From Oopsacas minuta (Eukaryota > Animalia > Porifera), in NCBI GenBank assembly GCA_024704765.1, contig JAKMXF010000033.1, forward strand, positions 1 to 64,000: DNA of 64,000 nt, given 5' to 3'. How positions within the stretch are numbered: position 1 is the first letter of the stretch; each line of letters opens with the position of its first letter. Made by a program: the position numbers and the translations under genes. Below the pieces are notes generated by a model that worked only from the letters and a program-made list of their open reading frames with translations, was not told the origin of the DNA and searched no databases. Shown here in pieces: positions 41,330 to 60,147 of this stretch.

Positions 41330-42147
41330 TACCTCGTTCTGAGGTATCGTGTGTCGAATTGTTATCCAAATTTGTTGTCAAGACTTAGATAATAAACATT
41401 ATATGATATATGTCATAGATGGTATAGGAGCGTATCCTTTAGGGGGGAGAGGTATAAGACCCTCCCTCGATTAGCTTCAGCAATGTGTCTTGGATGTTGC
41501 ACAGATGTTTTCTATCTCCTAGTTGTAGTTCTGGGTGCTTGAAGCGATAGAAGGAGTGTTGAATGGGGAATTTCTTAAAACAGCCAAAATATCGTCCGTA
41601 AGTGGAGTATTATTGCATTTAATAACTATTCGAAGTGTGTAATTATGAATTTGACCTGACTACATCTGTATACCGAATTCTCCACAAACCTGTATGCATG
41701 CGATCATACATACTCGTCTCGAAGACCGGATTGGAAGGGACATACCCTCATCAACCCTACCATAACCTTACACCTCTCTCTATAACTTACAGAATGTTTG
41801 ACACCTCTTTATACGTGATTACTTAGCTCATTATCAGCGATTACATAATTCCTTATAAGGTGTTAATTACCTAACACAAATTTCCTGTAATATTTAACAT
41901 ATTTTGTCTACTTAGCAATGGGACTAGGGTACCTATCACCCTTGCTCCTCACCCTCTCCTTGGTACTGTTATGTACGTACAGACACCATATAAGGTCGCT
42001 ATTTCCTGCAATGAACTCTCCTAACACTTCATAATTCTAGAAAATTCCATAACTACACAAAGAATGAATTCAGGCGGGATTACGCTAGCCTTAAGTATGC
42101 GCAAACGAAAACTATTTATAGCAGACCGCAGGGCCGGGGGATTCTAA

Positions 42148-43539
<1,392 letters not shown>

Positions 43540-43824
43540 ATCCCCTGGCTAACTTAATTATAAACACTAGTGTTTTATTTATCACTTACTGCTACCCCTA
43601 TCATTTCATTTACCGAAATTATTCACACTTGTTCACACCTTACTTTATGACACAATTAATGGGTAACCTCGAATCTGTTAAGTCAAGTTGATTAATCACA
43701 AAAGTAGCACCTCGATGGTGGTTCATAAATGATATATATGCTAAATGATAAATACTAAAGTTGTTGAGATACTTTCCACTAATTCTATCGCCTAATAAGT
43801 AAATAACAATAACTAATAATCAGA

Positions 43825-46334
<2,510 letters not shown>

Positions 46335-46504
46335 TATGCTAATTGTATGAGATAATATGATAGGTCAGAGGCGTTATAACACTGAGGTAGGTATTGTAGG
46401 ATTAATTATTGGTTTAGCTTATATTGTAAGAAGTGGATAATAGTACTTATAATGACTTCAGAGATAATACGTGTATGTGTGTGTATGCGTAATTAATGAA
46501 GTAG

Positions 46505-49427
46505 TTAAGTAGCAGATTCAATGGATGAATCCTTATCATCTAGCAGCTGCTGATACAGCTGTACGAGCTCTAGAGCTGAGTCCAGCTGTCCTTGGAGAGA
46601 AGAGTTCTTATCCTTCAATTCAGAGTTCTCTAAGAATAGCTAGATGGATAGAAAATGTGATAACTATGTTATGAGACTGATAACACAGATGTTCTTAGAG
46701 GAGAGGACTGTGACATTTGCCCCCTAGGGAACAAGGAAAGCACTGGATAGTTTACGCGGGAATTAGAGCTTCTACTCAAATATTTAACACATGTAATACT
46801 AACTTCTTCATTCTTAGCAAGAGTTTCTTTCAGAGCTTTTCTCCTCTCCTCTGCTAGAATCCTAAAATAGTTCTCACCAGGTTCTAAATACAAACAATAA
46901 TAAATATTGTCCTGTCAAATACACAGACTATACATAGCACAAGGCAGACCCTCTAAATGTCTAATTAGAGAGACGAATCTCCGATGGATTTATAACTCAG
47001 TAACTATCTTACATGCATATTATAGAGTTAACTAATATTGTAATATGAAACTTAGGTGTTAGGAGGATAATTAGTCTAACAAAGAGTACAGATAACTACA
47101 CCCTGTATACTCTACATCCGGCATAGGTGTTAACTGAATTAACAGGGTATAATTGAATAAATGAGCTATACAACAATAACAACAATAATACTAATAAAAG
47201 TATTGAATACATAAACCAATGAAACAAGTAATAGAATAACCAAAAAACACAAATGCACTCCCATGCTTCTCAACTAGCATCGGAGGTATCAGTTGATTGA
47301 AATAAGCAGCTGAGTAACACACAAAAGTGATTATGCCAGCTGATATCCTGTTGTAATGAGGACTGAGTATCTCTCCGTATAACCACCAGCATAATGATCC
47401 CCACCCTAACGCCATTGAGAACTCAAATATAGCATTTAGGGGGAGGGGAGCATATAGGAGGGTTGTGCATAGGGCGGAATGTGGACCTGTATGGGAGCAC
47501 TTTATGACCGTTACAGAGAGATGGAAACATATACCTAACAGAAGGTTACACACCACTTGTATAAATGTAGTCACCATAAGTAATAGCTTCCATCTAACCT
47601 TGTCAATAATAAACAAGAATACAATACTTCCGAGAAGTAGAGAGAGCGCAGAGAATAGAGCTAGCACTTTAGGATTCATACTAACACCTGATTCTATTGT
47701 GTGTACATAGAAAGCAGACAGGAATATATATCCAGAGCTAACTTTAAATATCTGTACGGTACAACAGATCAATAACGGTCTAATAACAGGCCATACGAGA
47801 TAGCTAGCGACCTCCTTCCTCAGGTTAAAGTCTCCTGTACGGACTGACTGAGATATGTCTAGAGATACGCAATCCTTGCTAGAGTGGAAGTAGTCTATAG
47901 CTTGCTGAGACTTGTCTAATCTCCCCTTTAAACGGAGCCATCTGGGACTCTCTGGGAGTATCAATATGTTTGCTACCATGAATGCTGTCATAAACATGTA
48001 AAGGAGTGCTAGATACCTATATCCTATCCAGATACCTAACAGATAGCTGAAGGAGAGTCCCAGACCAATACCTATGTTAAAGAAAGAACCGTAATACTTC
48101 CTGAGATGTAGAGGAGTTATTTCTGCATTATAGATAGGTGACAATGATAGTCCCATTCCACAGTATAACCCTAGCAACGCACGGCCAATTATCATAGAAG
48201 AGGAGTCGTGAGCTAATACCAATAGCATACCGCCTGACATACCGAATACGGAGAAGAATATGAGGACAGATTTTATCCCCAACCATTCACCCAGAGGACC
48301 AGCTATTAGCGAACCTGTAAACGCACCAAGATACGTAGTAGACGCGAACACAGGGTAAATTCCAATCGTCATCAGTCCGTTGTTAAGGAGAGTATCTTCA
48401 ATTGGAGAGGAATACGAATCGATGTAGAGTGTAACCAGAAAGCTCGCGGCTGTAATGATACAAGCATGGAGAACACGGACTTTCTTAATGAAGACTAGCA
48501 TATTTAAAAATAGACATTTAGTATTTCATATATGTATACCAATGTGTAAATAACCACGTGTTTTCAGCTATTGTTTATAAGACATGGGAGCTTAATTCGA
48601 GTAAATTGTTGTTTCCATATTGTCGCTATTGTTAATGAGATATCTTATGGTATAAATCAGACATGAGGATATATCCTTTCTTGCTAGAGCAGTTGCTGTG
48701 TTAAGAGGCTTCTAAATTGTCCTAGGAGACATCAGGTTGCTCTCAAACTCAATTTTACCATTTATACATTGTATAATAATACATACAGTTAACTCCTGTT
48801 ATATCTAACACGGAAATATAGAAATACCCGCTTATATCAAAGTAATTATTACCGTCCCTTGAGCTTGGATATAACAGGAGTTGTCACTCAGAAACTAACC
48901 TTCCTGAGTAAGAAAAGCAATGACATCATCACTAGAAGAGGTTGGGTTGTCAGCTGATATCTTATCTTTAAGAGTGTTACCTGATTGGTTAGATTTAATC
49001 CTGTCATCACTACTCTTAACTGGAGTTACAGGAGAGCTATTTTTCGAATTGTTTCTATTTTTAGAATCAGGCCTTAAGCTAAGTCCTTGAGAACCAGCTG
49101 ATCCAATATTAGGAGACACATTCTAGTAGAAATAATATAATTACTGGTATAGTACCACATGGAACTGTAACTATCTGTATATATAATTAGCCGTATATCT
49201 ACCTTCCTCACCTCCTTATCATTGAGAGGGTCGAGAGACCGGTTAGACTTGTCAGTAACCTCCAGGACAAATTCCAGGTTCTCTTCATCTCCCTTACGAA
49301 CAGTCAGAACCTTCCCTTTACCTCCAGGACTCTGTCCTCCTTCCTTACTGCCCTTACTAGTAAGATAAGATTTGATATTACTCTCTCTTACATTCAGCTG
49401 TCTCCTACGTCTTGCTAAGCTAGACAT
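46505..49427 (-). CDS. GMNN: Geminin-family coiled-coil protein (4 exons, 2-kb intron)
   Basis: N-terminal D-box-like RRQLNV. The donor GAAG|GTTAGT (48899) and acceptor TTTAG|AA (46884) are both phase 1 and give IAFLTQEEPGENYFRILAEERRKALKETLAKNEE|LFLENSELK.., matching the geminin coiled-coil entry (human [25 protein letters not shown]). Confidence 0.8.
47191..48501 (-). CDS. MFS sugar-porter family transporter (GLUT6/8 or Tret1-like), intronless, nested in a geminin intron
   Basis: 436 aa with ~12 hydrophobic segments, IIGRALLG, PIYNAEIT, PESPRWL, IDKVRWK and GWG..W..YGEI. Confidence 0.88.
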   Translation of the reverse strand: MLVFIKKVRVLHACIITAASFLVTLYIDSYSSPIEDTLLNNGLMTIGIYPVFASTTYLGAFTGSLIAGPLGEWLGIKSVLIFFSVFGMSGGMLLVLAHDSSSMIIGRALLGLYCGMGLSLSPIYNAEITPLHLRKYYGSFFNIGIGLGLSFSYLLGIWIGYRYLALLYMFMTAFMVANILILPESPRWLRLKGRLDKSQQAIDYFHSSKDCVSLDISQSVRTGDFNLRKEVASYLVWPVIRPLLICCTVQIFKVSSGYIFLSAFYVHTIESGVSMNPKVLALFSALSLLLGSIVFLFIIDKVRWKLLLMVTTFIQVVCNLLLGICFHLSVTVIKCSHTGPHSALCTTLLYAPLPLNAIFEFSMALGWGSLCWWLYGEILSPHYNRISAGIITFVCYSAAYFNQLIPPMLVEKHGSAFVFFGYSITCFIGLCIQYFY

Positions 49428-49692
49428 TACCTAAACACTATAATTAAAATAGTCAGAGGATATACACCTCCTACACCCCATGGTACCTGTGTTTATGGTT
49501 ATAAGGACCTGACCGATACACTCTACCCCGTATGACGTCTGCGAAACATAATAAACTGAATTATCTATCTAATTATAGAACATAAATAAAATAGCAATCA
49601 AAATAGATACAACTAACTAACAAACAAATGGTTTATGCATAAAAATATTAAAATCAAGATATAGGAATACAACATAGTTACGGTTGGTTACG

Positions 49693-51814
<2,122 letters not shown>

Positions 51815-52469
51815 AGATGAGCGCGGAAAATGTGCAGAATTAGTTTGATATAAGATAAAATGCAAATTTCTAATTAAAATACTAAAATAGACATAACTTC
51901 TACTCTAATATTATTTTACACCCTAGGGTGCGAATTAGTCCCATACTGATCCTCCTTATGGTACAAGTAGGGGCACAAAATTCTACAAATATAAAAATTG
52001 AATAAACAGTTAAAACAGGTTAATAACGTATTTAAGCCTAACCTACAATCATTATATTCCTTTGAGGAGTATTAGATATCAAATTCCATAAGAAAATATG
52101 CAAAATATTAGCACAGACAATACTCAATAGTTACGTAATATAAGAGATTATGTATATACACATATGGAGATTGTGTCGCACTATAAGATACATAATGTAG
52201 TCAGTAATGGAGTATAAAGATTAATTGGCTAAGGAATGCATTCAGGGTTTAATAGTTAATATAAGAAAATTTCATCATCCATGGTCCATTACTCTTTCTC
52301 AATTGTATAATCAAACGTATAATGTGTTCAGGACCTAACACCTCCACTGTCCAAGCGACTAGGACAGTTTATGGGTATTCACACCTTGGGGGCAATCATC
52401 TTAATATAGAAATATAAACTTTGCTTATGTAAATGATAACTAACATAACAAACAGTAAAAGATACGTAC

Positions 52470-54314
52470 TCAAGGATCCCAATCATCAACATTAGGAAAT
52501 ACAGTCTGTGTGTCTGTATTAACAGACTTATTACCGTTACTTGATTCTACAGAGTACTTAGAGTGAAACTTAGGTGTTTGTTGTTGTTTATTAACAGAAT
52601 TCTTGTTACGCTTCGTGTTAGGCTCAGGTTCATAGTAACCAATCTTCCGTTTAGCGTTATAATATTCCTCATATGACATGATATGATATTTGGTATGTAC
52701 ACAGGATGTTCTGAAGTTGAGGAGATCAACTTTCCTCAAAGATTTTTGTAACATTACAAACACGGAGTTATTATGATACCAGAAATTATTCACACGGGTG
52801 AAGGGGGACAGGAGATCAGTTATCTCCTCCTTAGATATTTTGTCACGTGGTGATTTTGTTGAAAAATGGAGGACATTGTCTCTTTGGGGTCTTATATCTC
52901 GCTTGGTTGGGCTAAAATGGAATACACCTTGCATACCCAAGAATATCTCATTCACAAATTTATCGATTTTCACACCTAGCAACAACATAGATCCAAAGAT
53001 ATGTCCTGTCATCATAGCATCATAACCAGCTTCATGTTTATACTCTATACCACCGGGGGTATAGCGGTCAAATTGTGGAGGGAAAGTTATGTTTAAAGGA
53101 AACTTAGCACTGAATAACTCATAAACTGTAGCGAGAGATGATTGGTCAATATGGTCTCTAAATGGGTCGATACAGGCCAAGTATTTAGTGTCAAATATTT
53201 TAGGGAAAAAACTGTGTACCATGGATTTAAAATCGTCCCATTTCTCAGGCAGGGGGCCGTAGAATTGGTTCATTATGTGGAACAAGTCCAGGAATCCGTT
53301 ATGGAAAACTGTACGCTTATTCGACTGAGAGACTAGCTGTAATATTTGGTTAAATGACGTCATTATGACTAGATTATCAAAATTTGATTCAGTCTCATTT
53401 GTATCAGCTGTCAACTCGAGATCTGGTTGGTCAGCTGAGAGAATAGGCTCTTCTGTAGACAGGACTCGTTCCTATAAATACTGGATAATTATTCGTTTAT
53501 TATTAATAAATAAGAAACTGGACTTATGTAACCATGGTAACGTAATTAGTACCTTTGTATGTTCGTGTTCTCCTATTTGTGAGTATATACATCTGTTAAT
53601 TAATTCTAACTCTCTGGAGAGAGCAGGAGTAGGAGTAGGAGATAAGAGAGGTTTTGTCTGTCTAATTAAACTTTTGAGATTCATCATTGAAATGTAAGGA
53701 ATACCAGAATAGATAACTTTATTAAAGTCAAATCTAAAATAGTAAGGAATATCTAAACCGGTACTTGGAGGGACTCTCACGGGATGGCAGATATTTGAAC
53801 GGTAACATATTGAGCCTATACAATTTGAGGATCACGATCGACACATTATGTCCTTAAGTTATGACCCCTGTATATCTATCAACATACTTGTTATCGGCTA
53901 AGAATGTGAGTGTATTAGAATCACATAGAAAAGCAGTATTGAAGTCTTTGCTCTGTTCATGACTGTATGGGAATATATTGAAGTTGAAAGGATAGCATTT
54001 ATACTCTCCAGGCGTCAACAACTCGAAGCAGCATATCCCTACCTAGACAACAAATAAACAAGTAAACATCACTAATTATTGAAACAATTATTAACACCTC
54101 CCCTCTACCCTTTAACCCTTGCCTGTAGCAAAACATACTGTTTGAGATTCTTACGTAATATTTCGTATCTATCTCCGAACTCATCCAAAGGGTTCAGTTT
54201 AAGTTTATTGTAAAGACCAGAGAATTCTGCGTCAATTGCAATGAAATCTGATTGGTTGAGAGCTGATTTAAACAGCTGGAAATTCTCTTTGAAATTTAGT
54301 TTAGTCAAATCCAT
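52470..54314 (-). CDS. PARN: Poly(A)-specific ribonuclease (DEDD/CAF1 family)
   Basis: DFIAIDAEFSGL, YPFNFNIFP, FDFNKVIYSGIPY, VFHNGFLDLFH, IFDTKYLA, KHEAGYDAMMTG, then an RRM-like region. Confidence 0.9.
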
Positions 54315-54495
54315 GCTAACATACTGGAAGGTGTGAAAATGTGAATATCAAGAAATTAAGGCTACAGATCCAACTTAATGGCATTTAACCATACAACAAT
54401 AATATTTGTGTATAGTATATAAAATATGTTCATAAAAAATAGTAAACATCACCAATAAACAAACAAGTAAACATATAAATATAGCTAACACTTCC

Positions 54496-55635
54496 TTATT
54501 TATTCCCAATAAGAGGTTGATACATATGATTATAATGTACACCAGCATGTCTGTTATATGCTCTCCTCCTCTGAAGTAGTCTCCTGACAGCTTTATATAA
54601 TATTGACGCATGGAGGAGGAACATGAAGAATACAGCGAAACATACGAGTGTACTATAGAATATATTATTTAGAGTGAGCACCAGGTCCATTATTTCAGGG
54701 TGCTGGGTATACACATGACTTAACCATGGATAATCTGAGTTGAATAATATGAAATTCAAAGAGCAAGATCTAGTAAACAGAAATCTTATTACCTCCAAAA
54801 TAAATATGAACAAAATCGCAGATAGCCAAAACACCATAGCAAGAACATACAGTATAGCTCCCCATCTGTAATCCTTGCTCATTTGTTGTAATCTCTCATG
54901 TACATATCCTTCTTGTTCAAACCAAGCATCTAATCTCCTCCTCTGTAGCATGACGTATAATTTAGAACTGTATTTATGGAATAAGAATAAATGAATAGGA
55001 AACACGGAAATACACAGAACAAAGGCAAATACCAAAAATGCTCTCCAGTAGATGACGCTAAGCCAGAGGGTAACTAATTGTGTCAGCAACAACACAAACA
55101 TAAACAATTCCCGTTTAGTTAGCTTTATAACACGTTTATCAGCATAAGCATTAGACAGATAGGAAGTAAGGATATGGACCAGGGATGTGTAGGTTAGAAA
55201 TGACGACATTACTGCTGCTATAAAACACCTAATGAACATGTGATGGAATATTGCACTGAAGATTTGGTTATTACCATCGAGAGTACAGTTACCAACCAAT
55301 AGCTTATATGGCTTAAGAAGGTAAAGGCTAACTTCGATAGGTACAATGGCCAAAGTTTGTAATATCTCACAAGCACAAATAGCAGCTATGAATAAGGATT
55401 TGATGTAGTCTACTCTAGCATTTGTTAATTCCTGTTTACACCTTTCATCTGTTTGTTTCTTCAAGTAATGAATCTTCTTACTCAGGCTTCTCAAACGGGA
55501 CAGGAAGTATAGCAACCATATAGCCGCTAGGAATGTTATACCAATCAAGAATATTGAAGAAGACGTTTGAATGAACAAGACTAATCTACCATGATAACCA
55601 GCTATAAAGTAAGACACGTTCTGGAATAAACCCAT
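54496..55635 (-). CDS. Orphan 7-transmembrane protein, copy A (intronless)
   Basis: ~380-aa ORF with seven hydrophobic segments and basic loops; paralog of 61290-62420. First ATG at 55635 (the ORF track starts at a non-ATG codon at 55650). Confidence 0.85.
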   Translation of the reverse strand: MGLFQNVSYFIAGYHGRLVLFIQTSSSIFLIGITFLAAIWLLYFLSRLRSLSKKIHYLKKQTDERCKQELTNARVDYIKSLFIAAICACEILQTLAIVPIEVSLYLLKPYKLLVGNCTLDGNNQIFSAIFHHMFIRCFIAAVMSSFLTYTSLVHILTSYLSNAYADKRVIKLTKRELFMFVLLLTQLVTLWLSVIYWRAFLVFAFVLCISVFPIHLFLFHKYSSKLYVMLQRRRLDAWFEQEGYVHERLQQMSKDYRWGAILYVLAMVFWLSAILFIFILEVIRFLFTRSCSLNFILFNSDYPWLSHVYTQHPEIMDLVLTLNNIFYSTLVCFAVFFMFLLHASILYKAVRRLLQRRRAYNRHAGVHYNHMYQPLIGNK

Positions 55636-56464
55636 TAGAATGAAGCACAAGAAAAGATATTAAAATATCTATATGCATTAGACTATTATATACTAAACGG
55701 GACAGTAATATTAGTAAAAATAATTCCCAATATTGTAATCATAACTTTGTGATATTACCTAATAAGTAATCATTAATTATTACTAATGACACAAGCAGAT
55801 ATATGAACAGTTGATTATTGGATGAGGACAGCATAGTTTCAGAGTTGCCTAGGGCGACACATTTTGAAACAGCCTCAAGGACCAGCTGTTCAATATTCTA
55901 CCAACTAACGGTTCCTAACCTCGGGTCTATACACCCCTTGGTGATCCACACACGACAGCAGGGTGTGTATAATTAATAATATAAACAGCTGTAATATTAC
56001 ACTAATCAGCTGTTTCCTGTACTCTACAAGTATAATTATACATATACAGATGCATTCTAATAATATTAATAAAATGATGTAAGATAATCTGTGATTCCTA
56101 ACAGAATTATTAACAACCATAAGGTGTTACTTTGAGGTATAAGAAGAGATAAAGGATACAGGAGTATACTCGTGTTGTTGGTGTTATGGTAAAATAAACA
56201 ACAACAAATTCTGGAAGCAATTAGACACATTCCACCTCATTTACATCCTCAAAGGAACACAAATTAATGCCAATCAAAGCAGGAATAATTCTGCTTTATT
56301 GTGGACTTTAAAACAAAAGAAATATCAAATACAGAACCCATTGAATGCTATAAACGGATAATACATAGACATTAACAGCCATAGTCTCTACTATACAAGC
56401 TGTATATGTGTTATGTATAAATAGGGAAAATATGAAATTATAACAAATATAATCTTAAAGGGGA

Positions 56465-56574
56465 ATGGCGAATTCTAAAATCCTGCTTGTGACACTATTA
56501 GATGGTAGTGTTATGCAATTTGTAGTTACAAGAAAGACATTCGGTAGAGATATATTGGATCAGGTAAGACATTA

Positions 56575-56606
<32 letters not shown>

Positions 56607-59333
56607 CATTTCTGCCTTGTCTGAGTCTAAATTTATTCTCCTTTGCAAAAACTTCTATAATTTAATTTTGTATACATATACCCGATTTTCACACCTTATC
56701 TCCATCTGTTTATGAGCTAATAACATGTATACAGGTTTGTCAATCTCTGGGTGTATGGGAACAGGACTATTTCTCTCTACAGTATGATAACTTAAGAGGT
56801 GAGAAGAGATGGTTAAATAACAAGAATCCTCTCCTCCCTCAGTTACTAGAAGAGAATATAACAGCTGATACCTTCAAATGTATGTTCAGAGTAAAATTCT
56901 TTGTTCAACAGCAACAAATTCTAATGACACTAACAAGGTTTGTTTACTTGTTTATTGATAATATTTAAATGTGTACATATCAGTAAAATTCCATTCTCTC
57001 ACTTGTCTGACATAAACCACTATTTTAATCAGGAGATAGAACTAACCTCAGAATTATACATATCTTCACATACTTATGGCATAACCAGACGTATGGTAAA
57101 GTAGTTAGTTCCAATTCCAATAGGAACTATATCAATAAGTTCCAAAATCGGTTTTTGATTAATCAGTAATCCTTCCATATATTTGTTATGTAAATATTTA
57201 TGATCATACAACACATTTAAAATCACATATTTGTGAACGAAAATGATAACAAGTAGCTAACATGAGGATGCAATACCACTAGCGACACAATATTGCCATA
57301 ATGCCCGTGTAAGGGTTTGTTGTATTACTTAATGTCTAGCAATTAGTGTAGGATAGCATATTACGTATTGAATTTTATGGAAATCTAATTAGTAAATTAC
57401 CTAAGAAAAGGTGTTAGAATATTAATAACAACTATAACGTAACACAATCTGTAGTTATAAAATTTAATTTTCTTGCTGTCAGTTACACGTATGTAATAAT
57501 AATTAAATCGCCATATGAATAATCGCCATATCTTCTATCAATGTGAGGCCTAATTACAACTCTTAAGTTACAAATATTTGGCTGATAAACAATATACAAA
57601 TTACATATATCTGTTGTTATGACTACAGAGAGGATTATAATCTATAACACCTAGGTGTATAATAATAGATATTATTAGAGATATATCTTATGCAAGGGGT
57701 ACCTTGTACCTGTAGTATCTGTGGTGAATAGGAGAGGTCACACATATATACATATAAGATAACACGTTTTACGTATATTACACATAAGACCGGGATGCTT
57801 CCGAGAAATATGATATATTCCTTGCAGTTAAGAAGTGTCTATGTTGTATTTATGGAAATAATTGTAACCTCTTCACTTAGACATTTATTCTATTTGGATT
57901 TGAAGAAGAAGTTAAAAGATCAAACACTCAGAATACCCCCTCATCACCAGCGGAAAATAAAAATACTCTCTTGTCTAGCTCAAGCAGAGCTGGGAGACTT
58001 CCAACCAGACTGTGATTTAGAAATGTTATACAGGACAGTTGTACCTGGGTACACTGGTATGTATATATTGTAACAGCTTGGATTCCTAATACGAATACTA
58101 TAATATCTGCAATACAGAACCTGTAAACCATATAGCGACACAATTATGACACCTATTGCATCATCAAAACACAGTTTTAAAACAAACACAATTCGTACAA
58201 TCAATTACCTGATAGTTTAGTAACACCCACTGTGACTAGACAATACACATACAGCATATTGTATTACCTGTTAATATAGCCCGCCTAGAAATGGTCAGCA
58301 GTCCCGAGGTGATAGTTATAGGAGGGATGTCTGTATATGTAAATTTAATAGAACATTTGTAATTCTGTGTAGAATCATTATTCGAAGATTTAAAGAAGAA
58401 TCATTCAATGCTTCGGTTAACATCTAAACAAGAAGCAGAGGTGTTATTCCTTACTAAAATATCACAGGTAGTAGAGGAATACGGAACAGACAGACATGAA
58501 GTGTATGCACACGGTAGAAGTGTCATGTCAATGAATATATGTATGGAGGGTGCTACTATTATAATAAAGGAACAACCTGATAGAAGGTGAGTATATACAC
58601 ACATATAGAATTAAGAGATATGTATATTTCAGAATTATTAGGGATAAACTCATATTCTAATTTTAGTAACAAATATATTTTGTTTAGAATTCCATTCTGT
58701 AACTTCATTAGTGCAAGAGTAAATAATAACAATTTACACATGATAGTAGAGGACTTCCCTTACAAACAACTGATACCGGAAATGGATCAAATAAACATAG
58801 AAGCTCCTATAGGACTAAATATGGAGTATAACACCTTGACTGACGTATCGCTACAATTCTTAACAGCTGATCAATGCTGGCACGCTTACAGAGCATTAAC
58901 TGAGAGGATAGTGTTCTATGCTAGGAATAGAGCTGATGATATTGAAGAACCCCATTTCAAATGCCGATGGCATTCATTCGTTGCTAAGGTGAGTTATAAC
59001 TCAGATTTCCCTCTCCAAATGTGAATATTTTCAGACTTTGTTACGACATAAACACAGGTACAACCTAGTAAAGCTACTGCTCTCCGTTTGTATAACTTTG
59101 ATGTAGAACACACGAGTAAGGAGACTTATGAGAATACCTGGAATATCTTAGTTACAGATGTGGGAGAAAGGAATGCAAGCAATAAACGCGTGGTAAGTAA
59201 ATTCATACATTTGATTATAATAATTATAATTCAGTTATTCGATACTAATTTGTGTATTCCTTTGAACTCATTGGTCAGTTTAACCCCTAATTATAACCCG
59301 CCTAATCCTTGTGACACGCTAGACACAGTTTAA
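56465..59333 (+). CDS. MYLIP: MYLIP/IDOL-like FERM-domain protein (3' end uncertain)
   Basis: MANSKILLVTLLDGS..LDQ|VCQSLGVWEQDYFSLQY..WLNNKN..FRVKFFV..RHLFYLDLK..LAQAELGDF..YRALTERIVFY..LYNFDVEHTSKETYE (compare MYLIP YVFDIKRTSKEVYD). Confidence 0.72.
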
Positions 59334-60147
59334 GGTTTCATATAACTGATTTCTATAGTCATGGGTGTGAGTACAGAGTGCAAGGAGTGTTGTGTAGTTA
59401 ATACGCAAGGATTAGTTCATATTCACTCTTGTATAATCTAAGTAAGAAGTGTTAGAAATATGCTATATTTATATTATAAGACTATCTTTAAAACGAAGAG
59501 CTCAGACCCTCGGTTCACTTCGTTACCACGGGAGGTAGTCCATTAGTTGAAGTGTTAACTCAATTAATATATTATATATTTATAGACTTGCAGCATACCC
59601 CATATCAGCTGTTTACCACGTGGGTTGCTAAGGAGAAGAGGACAATCCGAACCATAATTAACATAATAATTCAAGTATTATGATTGTATATTTCAGTTAT
59701 GTTTTGTATAAATAATAAATAAACACATGAATATGGTAACATCTGATGATCAGCCACATGTAAACAGGAACTGACAAATACTAAAGTAGACATATTCACA
59801 GCTGCCATTTGTGTCACTAAATGCCAAAGCTGTTTCTTCATAACAACGAGTATGGTTGTCAATTATTTCATACCGAATAGTCCCCGAGAGCATTCGATAG
59901 AGAATTTAATTATCACTGTGGTGACAGTTATTCTGTTTCGATTGATATACAAACAACAACAGATGAGGAGTCAAGGAAGGGTCTCTACGGTCCAGTGGTT
60001 ATGTAGAAGGAGAACATACTGTTTTCATTTGTAGCAGTATATGATTATGTCATAAATATATCATATGCAATACCATAAGGGTACACATATGATTATACGT
60101 CATAACTACATTGTCTGTGTAACCATAGTAACACTCAGGCATGTATT

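Noticed and set aside
56940-57860. Nested gene in the ~0.9-kb intron of the MYLIP-like gene
   Set aside because: Only a ~46-codon minus-strand ORF with no motif; no consistent exon chain could be built.
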